From Eledone cirrhosa (Eukaryota), in assembly GCA_964016885.1 (NCBI GenBank), contig OZ024740.1, positions 257,610,001-257,674,000 on the forward strand: DNA of 64,000 nt. The letters are read 5' to 3'. The notes under the pieces were generated by a model that was not told the origin of the DNA, did not search any database, and saw nothing but the letters and a program-made list of their open reading frames with translations. A program made the translations under genes and the position numbers. Below, in pieces: positions 1 through 12,074 of this stretch (position 1 is its first letter; each line of letters opens with the position of its first letter).

Positions 1-73
1 CCATAAGCTTTTAGTATATATATATATATATATATAATATATAAGATCAAGAGATGGTTAAATGAGTTCCATG

Positions 74-144
74 TATTTTATTATGCGCATTTCAAAAACA
101 AATATCATCATGCAATAACATTTGTGTTTTCATCAGATAAAATA
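74..144 (-). ncRNA. Type I hammerhead ribozyme (inverted copy of 251-321)
   Basis: Reverse complement reads TATTTTAT-CTGATGA-stem II-GAAA-TGCGCA-TA-ATAAAATA. Confidence 0.85.
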
Positions 145-250
145 GGAGGACATGATATGAAGGTTGTGGATAGTGCAGTTTTAAATCAAAATATGTTGAT
201 TTAAAACTGCACTATCCACAAGTGTTTTTAACCTTCATATCATGTCCTCC

Positions 251-321
251 TATTTTATCTGATGAAAACACAAATGTTATTGCATGATGATATTTGTTTT
301 TGAAATGCGCATAATAAAATA
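251..321 (+). ncRNA. Type I hammerhead ribozyme
   Basis: Stem I TATTTTAT/ATAAAATA (8 bp); CTGATGA at 259-265; stem II AAACACAAAT...ATTTGTTTT; GAAA at 302-305; palindromic stem III ATGCGCAT; predicted cleavage after TA at 313. Confidence 0.85.
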
Positions 322-444
322 CATGGAAGTCATTTAACCATCTTTTGATCTTATATATTATGTATACTCCAGTCCTACAAACTGTAGAGTGCTTCTTATC
401 CGATATCTGCATTGCTTTATTGTACTACAATAAAACTCACCTCC

Positions 445-523
<79 letters not shown>

Positions 524-858
524 ACAGTTATATAGATATATACAAGAATAACTTTGATCTATACACAATAATATTGATCATATTGCTTGGCAAATACTCG
601 ATGACATGACATTGGAAAACAACCTGTCAGAGCTTGCACATCAGTTAATATTACTGATAGATTGGCTTCGTATACGCGATATTTGTTGACATTTAAAAGC
701 CGTGATTCTGTTATCTAATTTAAGGTGGTAAGATTTGTCACGATTCTTTAGTTTAATTGTTTAAAGCACCTAGCCGGGAGATATGGTGTTGGATTTCCCT
801 TTTTAATAGTATTCACCTTATTTATAGCAACTCTTTTTGTTTAGTATATGCATATATA

Positions 859-968
<110 letters not shown>

Positions 969-2027
969 AGATAGAAGGAGGTAAAGAGAGAGTAAGACGT
1001 CCAGATATTGCGAGATATATAGAAAAAGAAACGAGCAAAATTGACAAAGAAGATCGGTAAAGAAAGACAGAGAATGATAAGATGACAGGTATACATAGAG
1101 ACACAGAGAAATATAGAAAACAACAGAAGGGAGATAGAAAGCAAGAAAGACAGGCACAAAGAAATAAAAAAACAAAGACAGAAAGGAAAATAGAAAGAAA
1201 GAAAGGATGGAAGAAAGAAAGAAAAAAGAAAGAAAAAAAAAGAAAAATAATAGAAGAAACTAAATACGGAACAACCGAAAACGATGAAATCTGGGGAGCA
1301 GCCGAAAACTGTGATTCTTCACCAATTGTGTTAAGTATAGAATGTCGTCAGAATCAGTGTGTGTAAGCAGATCACAAGCATCATGTGATACGTTTGATAT
1401 CCAATAGTCTTCTAGATTCATTCGCGGTCTTATTTACTTATTCCCCACACTACCTCCTCTTTTCGGCCATGAAGAAAATAAAAATTGAAATAAGCGGTTT
1501 ATTTTGGCCAGCTGCTCAGGCCTCATCATTTTCCAATATTCCCACGACGATTGCTTAACTGATAATATCCATTATTTTAACTCTATTTACTCGGCTATCA
1601 AATCAAACTCTGATTGTCTGCTTGTATAGAGGAACCGTCGATATATTGTGACATATAATAAGACTGAGAAAAGCAGTAATAACATAATAAAATAAGCCAA
1701 AAAATAACAAAAAAATCAGCTACACATAAAATTAAAACCAAACAACAAACCATACAAAACGTAAAATGATCATAAAACTAAGCAAATATATAAAACGAGA
1801 AAACAATGAAAATAAATAAATGAATATATAATTAAATACATAAATAAAGAAATAAAGGAGACATTCTATTGCTGGACAAGCTAGCAGACAGAGACAGACA
1901 GACGTTGAAGCAGCGAATGGAGATAGTGTAGAGTATTTAAGAGAGAGAGAGAGAGGAGCGGTTAATGAGAGAGAACAGACACACATACAGTGAAGCAGCG
2001 AATAGAGATATAATAGATTATAGCACA

Positions 2028-2079
<52 letters not shown>

Positions 2080-2640
2080 TGGAGAGAGTTGGGGAGAATG
2101 AGGGAGAATAAGCATACAGACACACAGTGAGGCAGCGAATGGAGATATAGTAGAGTATAGTAAAGGGAGTGAGAGATGGGGGAGGATGAAGGAGAGAGCA
2201 ACTAACATCTTTAGGTTGGTATAGTGTTGTTAATATTTGCCTTCTCTCCAGTGACTAAACGGATTCTCCCTACAGACACACTGCCGTTACAGCTTCAGCT
2301 GATCCACTAGATAACAACTATTGCCAGTCTAATTTATGTAAAAGATTAATCTACATTTGAATTGACTTTGGCTGTTTAAAAATAAAAGCGAAAGTAAGAT
2401 CTTTGAGCTAAAATTGAAGCTGATATTTCACTACATAAGCGATGAGATAAGCAGCCATTATTTGTTTGTATTTTGTTTTGTGTTTGTCCTACCATTCTTC
2501 TCCCATCCTATATTTCATTCATATTTCTCTCCCTACTCCCATTCTCTTTCTCTTTCCCTCCACCCACTACTCTCTGTATAATTGCTGTTAATATGAATAA
2601 TCGCACTAGCAAAACAGTTACGGTTCTGGATGCTTCATTT

Positions 2641-2734
2641 TGTATGTATGTATGTATGTATGTATGTATGTATGTATGTATGTATGTATGTATGTATGTA
2701 TGTATGTATGTATGTATGTATGTATGTATGTATG
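2641..2734. repeat. (TATG)n microsatellite
   Basis: Direct reading. Confidence 0.95.
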
Positions 2735-3078
2735 CATACACGCTAAGTCCCTACCTTGTGAACATCCTACTTACGAACTTACGACGCAGATACGAACAGT
2801 CACAGGAAGAAAAAATAATTGTCTGTGTTTCAAATTCACGTTTTTCTGGGCTCTTTCGGGTCCTGGGCTACTTCTTTTGCAGCATAAAAAAGGGTTACTT
2901 TTATTGCAGCATAAAAACAAGCCGAAATCATGTTTACTGCATGGGGAGATACCATTTTGTTTTCGCAGAATTGAAAAAGTACATTTTTTCTTTAAGTAGT
3001 AATATTTATTAATTTACTAGGTGTATTTTAGCACAATACTATACTTTTAATTCTGATTTATAAGCACATTGTAACTAA

Positions 3079-3160
<82 letters not shown>

Positions 3161-3164
<4 letters not shown>

Positions 3165-3275
3165 CGAAGTATGGTAAGGAACCACGTGGTCTATAACGAA
3201 CCAGAGTACTCGGTACTTTGGGTAGTAGAGTGGTTAATAGGAAAAGAGTCGGAACACCGACGACAGAGCTCAAGC
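3161..3275 (-). repeat. Dispersed repeat fragment, same family as 41719-41920
   Basis: Aligns by eye to the reverse complement of ~41805-41920 (shared CCAGAGTACTCG and AATAGGAAAAGAGTC); flanked by (TA)n. Confidence 0.75.
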
Positions 3276-3383
3276 CGACTCATAAATATATATATATATA
3301 TATATATCTATTTAGGTAGCCGGTGATTTGACTCCGGATATTTAAAATAATAAAAAAGTTGAAATGCATTAATATTATTAAAT

Positions 3384-3384
<1 letters not shown>

Positions 3385-3460
<76 letters not shown>
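3385..3460. repeat. (ATT)n microsatellite, 5' flank of the Tx1 element
   Basis: About 25 perfect units ending directly before GAATGCT. Confidence 0.95.
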
Positions 3461-3680
3461 GAATGCTATGGTTGACGGAGGCTCGGCTCTGTAAGGTATT
3501 GTAAATTTTGAACGCTATAACAATTGTAAATTGTTTAAAACTTTTACCAACTTGTAGACAAAAACACCCTCCTCCTCGTGAGAGGGGCCTTTCTGCCCGT
3601 TATTTGGCCCTTCGGGGTTAAATAACTGCTTATTGGGGTTTTGTGCCCAATATTTATTTTAAACAAAAAAAAAAAACAAC

Positions 3681-5795
3681 ATGGCTACGAAAAGGAATTT
3701 TCATAGGTCACTCCCACTCATTCCGTCTTCTTCTTCCTCAATCGTCACTACAGCAGAGAGAAGATTGTCTCTCTCCCTCCCTTCTTTAAATGTGTCTCTC
3801 TCCCTCCCTTCTCTTTCGCAAGAGACGACAGAAAAGAAATGTCTCGTGCAAAGCGTGCAAGATTTCTCCACGACGACGACGACAACGACGACGAAACAGG
3901 TGTGCGGGAAATACGAAAGCCCATTTCATTCGTCTGACGTCAGGAATAATAACAGTAGCAGCCGTAATAACAACAGCAACAGTGACAATGAAAACAACAG
4001 TAACAGCCGCAACAGCATCAGCAGCAGCATAAACAACAACAGCATTAGCAGCAGCAACAACAACAACAACAACAACAGCAACAGCGGCGGCGGCAGTAGT
4101 CGTAGTACCTGCAGCAACAACAAAAGTAACAGCAGCTCTGACGACAACAACAACAACAACAAGAAAGAAAAAACAATCACGTTTGCAGGTATCGCGAAGA
4201 ACCTGGAAACAATCCTCATAACAAATGAGGAATTAGAGGAAGCGAAGAAGATGATGACAAAAACTGGACACCAAGCAATCTGCAAGGCAGCGGAAAATTT
4301 TTTCGAAACCCAACAGCACTGTACGGTCACGTACCGTACAGTAAGTACAAAATCCCGTAGGGTGGAAAGAGCCACAGAGACTCAAATACAAAAAGCCTTG
4401 GGGTCTGTGTGGCAGCGGAAAACACACATCACCCGAGGCAAGAAATATGCCACCGTAGACGTACTTTTTGCCACACGCCAGGAGGCAAAGGCTCAATCCG
4501 TAGTGACCCTAAGGAGCGAGGAAATGGTGTTGGTGCCCTCCTACTGCGGGCAAAAAATTGTGAGGGTCAAACTGACCCCCCCCCCCCCTGGGATGGCCCC
4601 TTCTTGGCTGGCCGCGTCTGTCCTCGTCGGAATCGAGGACAAAACAACTGTATTGCAAGTACAGAAAAAAGTAAGAGAAGATTGGGTCGGCACCTCCATT
4701 GAGATGTTAATCCAAACCAACCAGGAGTGCTTGGAAGCTATCCAGGATATGATAGACTTCGATAACGGCACTCAAATGCCCATAAGTGTTGAGGGCAAAC
4801 GCCCGAAATGCTTTCGCTGTGGATCGAAGACTCACCTCAGGGCCTTCTGCAACGAGAAGACCCTGAGAAAGGAGAAAACCCCCCTCCTTCCGAAACCGGC
4901 TCCACGTCTACCAGCAACAGGACAAGTGGCAACCAGGAACGATAGGTCCGTGGCACCCATACCCACACCACGGAAATCAAAAACAGCAGCAGCAGTGGAA
5001 GTATTAACAACAACAACAGCAATACCAAATGCAGCTGCAACAGAGACTCCAGTGCAAATATCACCAACAACAACAAGTGAAAGATTGGAGCTGGTACCCC
5101 TCCCCGACCTCACAGAATCAGACATGGAGTGTGAGGTGGGAGAGGGATGGCAAAAGGTCGTAAGAAGGCACAAACGCAGAAGCAGCGCATCGTCGCCTTT
5201 GAAAAGGGAGGAAAGAAATGAAAAAAGGGTAAAGTCTACTGCAAAGAGACTCACAGCAACAACACCACCAACACCATCACCACCCACACTAGCACCACCA
5301 TCACCACCGGCGACAACCCCACCGCTAACAACAACAACACCTTCAACACCACCACCACAAGCACCAACATCGCAAACACAACAACAAAACACACACACCC
5401 AGCAAAAACGACAAAAAAATAGCAGAACCACACCCCACCCCCAGAAAAACAAATGCACGGCAATAAATACACACAACAAGAAACTAATGACTTACATAAT
5501 TGAACACACATACATTTCACAACACGACTACATAATACCAGCACCAATCAAAACGCCAACTAACATAAGACTGCTAAAAATAGCACAGAAACAATACACA
5601 AACATTAAAACGAAATTCCCCAACGCAGTTCGTGATTTCAGAGACCTAGGAGGAACTATCAAACGAAGAGTATATTCGGACATACTCATAGAAGAGCCGA
5701 TGACCAGCCGAAGGGACGATTCAACGGTCCCTTCACCAGACGATCAAGGGAAAAGGGATGTAAAAACAATCCCTCCTCTACGAAAAGTACGGTAA
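3681..5795 (+). CDS. LINE ORF1 (gag-like nucleic-acid-binding protein), 704 aa
   Basis: ATG-initiated ORF directly upstream of ORF2. CX2CX4HX4C knuckle CFRCGSKTHLRAFC; basic GWQKVVRRHKRR motif; N/S-rich and P/T-rich low-complexity tracts. Confidence 0.88.
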   Translation: MATKRNFHRSLPLIPSSSSSIVTTAERRLSLSLPSLNVSLSLPSLSQETTEKKCLVQSVQDFSTTTTTTTTKQVCGKYESPFHSSDVRNNNSSSRNNNSNSDNENNSNSRNSISSSINNNSISSSNNNNNNNSNSGGGSSRSTCSNNKSNSSSDDNNNNNKKEKTITFAGIAKNLETILITNEELEEAKKMMTKTGHQAICKAAENFFETQQHCTVTYRTVSTKSRRVERATETQIQKALGSVWQRKTHITRGKKYATVDVLFATRQEAKAQSVVTLRSEEMVLVPSYCGQKIVRVKLTPPPPGMAPSWLAASVLVGIEDKTTVLQVQKKVREDWVGTSIEMLIQTNQECLEAIQDMIDFDNGTQMPISVEGKRPKCFRCGSKTHLRAFCNEKTLRKEKTPLLPKPAPRLPATGQVATRNDRSVAPIPTPRKSKTAAAVEVLTTTTAIPNAAATETPVQISPTTTSERLELVPLPDLTESDMECEVGEGWQKVVRRHKRRSSASSPLKREERNEKRVKSTAKRLTATTPPTPSPPTLAPPSPPATTPPLTTTTPSTPPPQAPTSQTQQQNTHTQQKRQKNSRTTPHPQKNKCTAINTHNKKLMTYIIEHTYISQHDYIIPAPIKTPTNIRLLKIAQKQYTNIKTKFPNAVRDFRDLGGTIKRRVYSDILIEEPMTSRRDDSTVPSPDDQGKRDVKTIPPLRKVR

Positions 5796-5830
5796 GTGGT
5801 CTTTCCCATCTTTTCCACTCTATTTTCAAC

Positions 5831-8800
5831 ATGACCTCACTCAGAATAGGCAGCATAAATGCGCGTGGCTTGGGGTCGTCATGGAAGCAGGGTCACCTGC
5901 TCAACGACCTCAGGTCACTAAACATAGATGTAGTGGCCATCAGCGAGACCAGAATCTCCGAAGCACGGGCCTTCGCACCGATCTTCGGCGGCTACGATGT
6001 GTACGCATCTCCCAGCCGTCCTGGATCTGGGGGGAGGAGTTGCTGTGATTTTTCGGAGAGGTTTGGATCTCGCCATACGGGCCATCTTCCTGGACCCAGA
6101 GGGTAAGTTGGTGGTGCTGGACGTGACCAGCGGAGACGGGCAAGCTTTCAGGCTAGTGGCCGTCTATGCCCCGACAGGAGCAGGGCGGCCTGATTTCTTC
6201 CGGCGTCTGGAGACCTTTCTTGGAACGTCCCGCTCTTTAGTGTTAGTGGGCGACTGGAACGGGATCTTAGATGCACGCTGGGACTGTGTGGGATTAGCGG
6301 ATAGGGGTGGAGGGTGCAAGAGCCTCACCAAACTGCTCAGGCGTTTTGAACTGTCTGACAGGTACCGATTGGATTTCCCGAATGTGCCAATGTGGACTCG
6401 GACAAATCGCATAGGGTCATCCAGATCATATCTAGATAGAGTATTTTGTAGGGAAATATATAGGTCTAGCATAGGCTGTCCACAATTCAAGATAGTCAGC
6501 TACACGGACCACAACTTCGTGATCTGTGTGCTTGACTTAGATAGGCTTCATAGACGAGGACCCGGCTACTGGAAGCTAAACGCGTCCTTACCAGCGCGCA
6601 AGGCCTACAGAGACCGGATTAGCGAACTAGTTAAGCGGGCGTTGACGGGGGCCATCGTCAACAACAAGTGGTGGTTTGCTCTGAAAAGAGCGATTAGAAT
6701 AGAATCCATTAGGTTTAGTAAGGCTTTAGCAATAGAGAAAAATAGAGCAGAGGGAGAACTAGTTAGAAAATTAGACGAGACGCTTTGCAAAGGTATTGCG
6801 ACCGACGTGCTTGCGGCGAAATTGGCCCTTGACCAATTCTTCAATGCAAATCACGAAGGCTGCGTTGTCAGAGCAAGGGTGCGTGATCTCAGACACGAGG
6901 GGACGAAAGCCGTTCAATGGGCCCGAGTGGCGGAGGCGCGTCTTGGCAACAAAGCCATGATCCGGTCTTTGGTGGACCACGACGGGCGCATGCTACTCGA
7001 TCCCGGGAAAATGTGTGAAGCTTTTAAGCGACACTTCGCTCAGCTGTTCGGGGGCAGCGGTGGGCCGGGTCGAGGGATGGACTTTAGTGTCTACCTCGAC
7101 GGACTGCCGCGGCTCTCGGCCACTGAGGCGAAGTGTTGCGAAAAGCCGATAACAGCCGCTGAAGTAAGGGAGGCAATGACTGGCTGCACAAGGGGTAAAT
7201 CACCTGGTTTGGATGGTCTGCCCTATGAACTTTACGTACAGATGCCAGACTTGTTCGGAGGACTCTTGGCGGACGTCTACTGCAACTGGAAACAGAACGG
7301 GAGAATTCCCAGTTCTGTGAGCCGAGGAGCGGTGGCACTGCTGAGAAAGGATCCGAACAAGGGGGATAACATAGATAATTTCCGGCCCATAACTCTGCTA
7401 AACACAGAGTTCAAGATGTTGGCCAAGGTGCTAGCAAAGAGGTTGGTGCTTGTCGTTGGTGGTCTGGTGGGAGAGGCGCAGACATGCGCCATTCCCGACA
7501 GATCCATCCACGACAACCTCCACCTCATGAGATACATCGTAGAGAGGGTAGCTAGGGAACCTGGCACGGGTGGGTCCTTGATCAATTTAGATCAGTCGAA
7601 AGCTTTCGATAGGCTCGACCATCGTTACCTAGCGGCAGTCCTGAGGGCGGCTGTCTTTGGGCCCATCTTCAGAGGCTGGATCGCTGCCATGCACAGCGAC
7701 AGCTGCTCTGTGGTGAGAGTGAACGGTCACCTTTCGGAACCGTTCAACATCATGCGCTCGGTCCGCCAAGGATGTCCCCTCTCATCCCTCTTGTACGTAT
7801 TGACTCTCGAGCCATTACTGCACAAACTGGAGACGTTGAGGAGCGTCCCGCGCGAACTAGGATGCGGAAGATCCGTGTCAGCATATGCGGACGATGTCAC
7901 CGTAGTGGTGTCGAACGCCAAACACATCGAGGTGATCGGTACTACACTAAGAGAATACGAAGCGGTGACAAGAGCAATGATCAACCAGGAAAAGCCAGTG
8001 GGCCTGCAGCTCGGCACCTGGAGACGCAGGTCCATGCAGTCCAACGGCGTTGTCGGACGCTGGACGGACGCACCGGTTAAATTGCTGGGGGTCTGGTTCG
8101 GTCCGGACCTCCAGACGGACAAAAACTGGGACGAGGTGACGAGCAGGGTGGCTTCTCTCACCCAGAAATGGGCGGAGAGGAAGCTATCCCTGAAAGGTCG
8201 AGCGGAGGTGACTAACGCGTACTTCGCGTCTGTCATCTGCTACCGCCTGACCGTTGTACCTTGTCCTAAGCCTCGCCTGACTGCGCTGGAGCGTTTGCTC
8301 TTTCGCTTTTTGTGGAACGGACGCGCTCCGATGGTCAGGCGGTCCATCTGTTGTCAACACCCGCTACGTGGAGGGCTGGGCATGCCGTGGCTGATGATGC
8401 GCAGGCACGCGCTCAGGCTACGACATCTCCACCTCTTCCTCGACGGTGATCAGGTGTGGTCGCCGTTTGCTAGACACGTATTTCCCCAGCTCGTTTCCTT
8501 GACGGAGCTGCAGCCCTGGGTCAAGCGAAGACCGAGAGGGAGCGCCTGGAGACTGGAATGTCTTCAGGCGCTCACAGACCTCGACCAATCGGGCAATGTG
8601 ATCGGTGGAAACTCCACCTTGGCGTTCTATAGAGGATTAGTGGAGGGGAAGAGCGACGACATACTTGGGGAAACTCTAGGCGTCGACGAAAATCAACTAG
8701 CCAATCTCTTCGGAAGAACTTTCGGGCCAGGGCCTATGGACAACTTCCAGAAATCTCTGGCCTGGCAGTGCTACCGAGGAGCTTTGCCAGTTCGGGATAA

Positions 8801-9251
8801 ACTCTACAGGCATGGAGGTGCCGTCCGCCGGGCATGTCCGAGATGCGCGCAGGGCGACGAAACCGTCCTGCACGCACTTGTCCAGTGTCCGAAAATTGCT
8901 GACTTGTGGGTTTATGTCGAACACCTGCTGTCGCGTTTAGGACGGATCCGGCTATCATCTGAGTCCATCGTGAGGATTGCCCCGCCCTCTTCCTTTAGCC
9001 GGGAAGGGCAGGCAGTTTTTATCTGTCTGGTGGCCATGGCGAAAGAGATAGTATGGTGGACACGTTTGAAAGGGCTGAAGACGAGCACTTACCTCTTCGG
9101 TGAGGCTCTGATTGACTTTTTCAAATTTCATTTGAAAAGGAAAATCAGAGTAGAGAGGGAAGTGCTCTCTTCCCAGCATTTTGTTGAAAGATGGGTGAGA
9201 GAAGCAAGAATGGCCCGAGTGAATGGGCCTACTCTGAGCATATATCTTTAA
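5831..9251 (+). CDS. LINE ORF2: AP endonuclease, reverse transcriptase and C-terminal zinc finger; one frameshift at ~6029-6034
   Basis: APE motifs SINARGL, ISET, VYAP, GDWN, YLDR, TDH. RT motifs KSPGLDG, FRPITLLN, LDQSKAFD, RQGCPLS, YADD, GGLG. C-terminal CPRC..HALVQC. Removing one G from the G6 run joins ORF 5831-6106 to ORF 5997-9251 (SRPGSGGGVAVIF). Confidence 0.93.
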
Positions 9252-9499
9252 ATTAAAGGTGGAAAACTGGGAGAGGGCACTTGCGTTGGTGGTCAGGGTC
9301 ATTGTGGCTTTTTACTGGGCTTTCTCCACAAATGCCCCTCCGAAGTCTCCCCCCTATTGGGGAATTTTTCATTGTTATTTTTTGTTACACCCTCTGTTTT
9401 TGTTTTTTACACGCAGAAATGCCCATTTGTACCGTCCTGTATTGTCCTGCACTGTCCTTAATGTCTACTTTATGTAAACCCTTGTGGTTAATAAAGAAA

Positions 9500-9501
<2 letters not shown>

Positions 9502-9534
<33 letters not shown>

Positions 9535-9535
9535 T
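9502..9535. repeat. (ATT)n microsatellite, 3' flank of the Tx1 element
   Basis: Begins 7 bp after AATAAA; no poly(A) tail. Confidence 0.92.
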
Positions 9536-10299
9536 ATTTAATTTAATTTATTTTTTTATTAACAGTTCAAAACATAAAACAGTATTTGTAATGTAAACAA
9601 GTAAATATACTGTAACTATACGAAAGGTTAAACAAATATTACTAAAAGCCATGTTAAACTCCTTTATTAATCCAATGCCTGAATGTAATCATATCCGTCA
9701 AAAATATGATTTAAGTTTAATTACAATAAAGCTAAAATAAAAAGTACAGTAAAATCATAAAAATTTTACTAAAATCCATCTTGTTTTCGGGATTATATCC
9801 ATCAATAATTATCTGCATCGGGAGTGAAATTGACTGGCAGTCAAATTAGCGGGAGTCGAATTACCAGGAGTGAAATTACCTAGAACCATATATATAGCTA
9901 TTAATGAACGGGAATTGTCCTTGCTTTTGGTCTTCCGTGTTTCCCCCAAAAGTGCTTTTTTTAAATAATATTTCCTAGTAACCACACAGCCCTATTTTTA
10001 AATCAATGTTATTTACTACTGCTTTGAGTCTCATTCATTTTCTTTCTACTATTATCTATCTCTATTCTTCACTCTGTATCCCTACAACTTATTTTTTTCT
10101 CCCTGTCTCTCAGTTATATTACTACACTTTCTACCACTTCCTGTTCATACTGCATTACGCAACACTTCCTTTCAAACTTTTCTTCCTTACTTTTGCAATC
10201 TAACTACCTACCAGATCAGTTGATCTCGCCCCCATCCTTGCTTGTAACATTGTCCCAGATGGACCAAGTGTACATCTTCGAATGTAGACGTGGTCCATG

Positions 10300-11500
10300 T
10301 GGGAGTGGTGACTAATTTCTGGGAGGCTGAGGTCATAAGAACAGTGAAAGCGCTCAAGTATGGTAAGGCCGATGGTGTAGATGACATCCGGCCTGAGATG
10401 TAAAAAGCCTTAAATAGAGAGGGTATTTTCTGGCTGACTCATGTGTGCCGTGGGACCTGAATCTCTGGAAAGAAATCCTAAGCAATGGCATTCGGTAAAG
10501 ATGATCCAAATTTTCAAAGTAGGCAGACAAGAGAGGATCTTACAATTGTAACAGGATCATCTTGTTTAGCCTCCACGGTAAAGTATATGCTATGTGTCTG
10601 GCAAACGGATGTAAGGAAGTTATCAAGTACAAGCTAGTGGTGTTCACCCCGGACGCAGCACAGCGGCAGGTCTTCGAGAAAGTATGATAGTATTGCCAAG
10701 AGATATATTTTTGTCTTGTAAACCTCTTGTAAATCGCGTTCCTCAGGACCTGCTGCGGAAAGTGTGCTGAAGTATGCGATCGATGGTCAGCGTCTTGCTG
10801 CCCCGATGCCTCTCTGCGAATGTCCTTGTATTTGTCTTCGAATAAATGGTGCTAAATCGAAACCATTCAATGGGGTTATCGGACTTCACAAACGGTGCGT
10901 ACTATCGCCTCTCCTGTTCATTATTTTCATGAACATGACTGACATGCGGTGCTGAGTTGGAAGTGGTATGACGACTGGCGGGTGTAATTGGCTGGAATTG
11001 GCCGACGACATGTTACTTAACTCGACAGAAAGTAAGCTCAGGCTTGCACATGATCGTTTCGATGCCGCGTGCTGCATGACTGGAATGAAAATCAGAGCTA
11101 CGAAACTGATAGGTTTGTCCGCTCAAGGAAATCTGCGCAGTGCATTCTACATGTGAATTGAGTTCCACTGTAGCATGTGGAGAAGTTCAGGTGTCTCGGG
11201 GCCGTTTCACGAATGATGGAAAGCAGGATGCTAAATTAAGAGCAAGAATTGCAGGAGGTGATGCAGTGATGTGACAGATTCAGCATTCGGTAATCTGAAA
11301 AAACGAGGTACGTGTAAAAGCCAAACTCTATCTTTAATTCAGTATTGCGCCCATCCTTACCTATGGTCACGAATCTTAGGTAATGACGGAAATAATACGA
11401 TCGCAAATACAAGCGTCCGAAATAAGGTTCTTGCGAATGGTCAAAAATAAAAAAAATCAGAGAGTCACTCCAGGTAGAGCCGCTAATTCTTCGTAGACAA
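10300..11500 (+). pseudogene. Decayed RTE-clade LINE reverse transcriptase fragment
   Basis: Broken frames give EAEVIRTVKALKYGKADGVDDIRPEM*KAL, GLHKRCVLSPLLFIIFMN and LADDMLL; many stops and frameshifts. Confidence 0.8.
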
Positions 11501-12074
11501 AGAAGTAAATATTTAAAAAATGTTCCGAACAAATATTGCCTTTACAAAACAGGAAGTCATAACGGGATTACGTAAATATATTCTCTAGAATAGTGACGCA
11601 AACTTACACACGCAACCTTACACACGCAACCTTACACACGCATGCATGCACTTACACACATGCACACACTCACACATGTTGATAGTTTTTACTTTCTGTG
11701 GAACGCTACACGCACACACAAACATACGCGCACGTACATACACACGCACACATGTTAATAGTTATTGCTTTCCTTCCCCTCTTATTTCCATACACGTCTC
11801 TACACTGACACATATACATAGTGTATCCAACACAGCGTTCACTTTGCCTCTCTGTTTCTTACTCTCCCCTCTCACTCCCTCATTTGCATTGTGCATATTA
11901 ATTTAAGTTTGGCGTCGTTGAGGTGGGCGGAGTCGTTTGAAACCTATGAACCAATGATAATCGAGAATTATGACACACGGAATATTGACATTGTTGAAAT
12001 TAATATATATATATATATATTAAGACACACGAAACGTTAAGACACACACACATATATATATATATATGTGTGTG

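Larger units (their letters stand above)
35..450. mobile_element. Asymmetric palindromic non-coding element (Penelope pseudo-LTR/retrozyme-like) with two hammerheads
   Basis: 35-190 is the near-perfect reverse complement of 195-360 (10-nt insertion GTGTTTTTAA in the right arm). The right arm continues into an unpaired ~90-bp tail; (TA)n lies on both sides. Confidence 0.75.
3461..9501 (+). mobile_element. Full-length Tx1/L1-clade non-LTR retrotransposon
   Basis: 220-bp 5' UTR, ORF1, 35-bp spacer, ORF2 (APE-RT-CCHC), and a 250-bp 3' UTR with AATAAA at 9490-9495. GC-rich body sharply bounded by (ATT)n on both sides. Confidence 0.92.

Noticed and set aside
3790-9302. Alternative-frame and antisense ORFs overlapping the Tx1 element
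   Set aside because: They are shadows of GC-rich coding sequence with no recognisable motifs.
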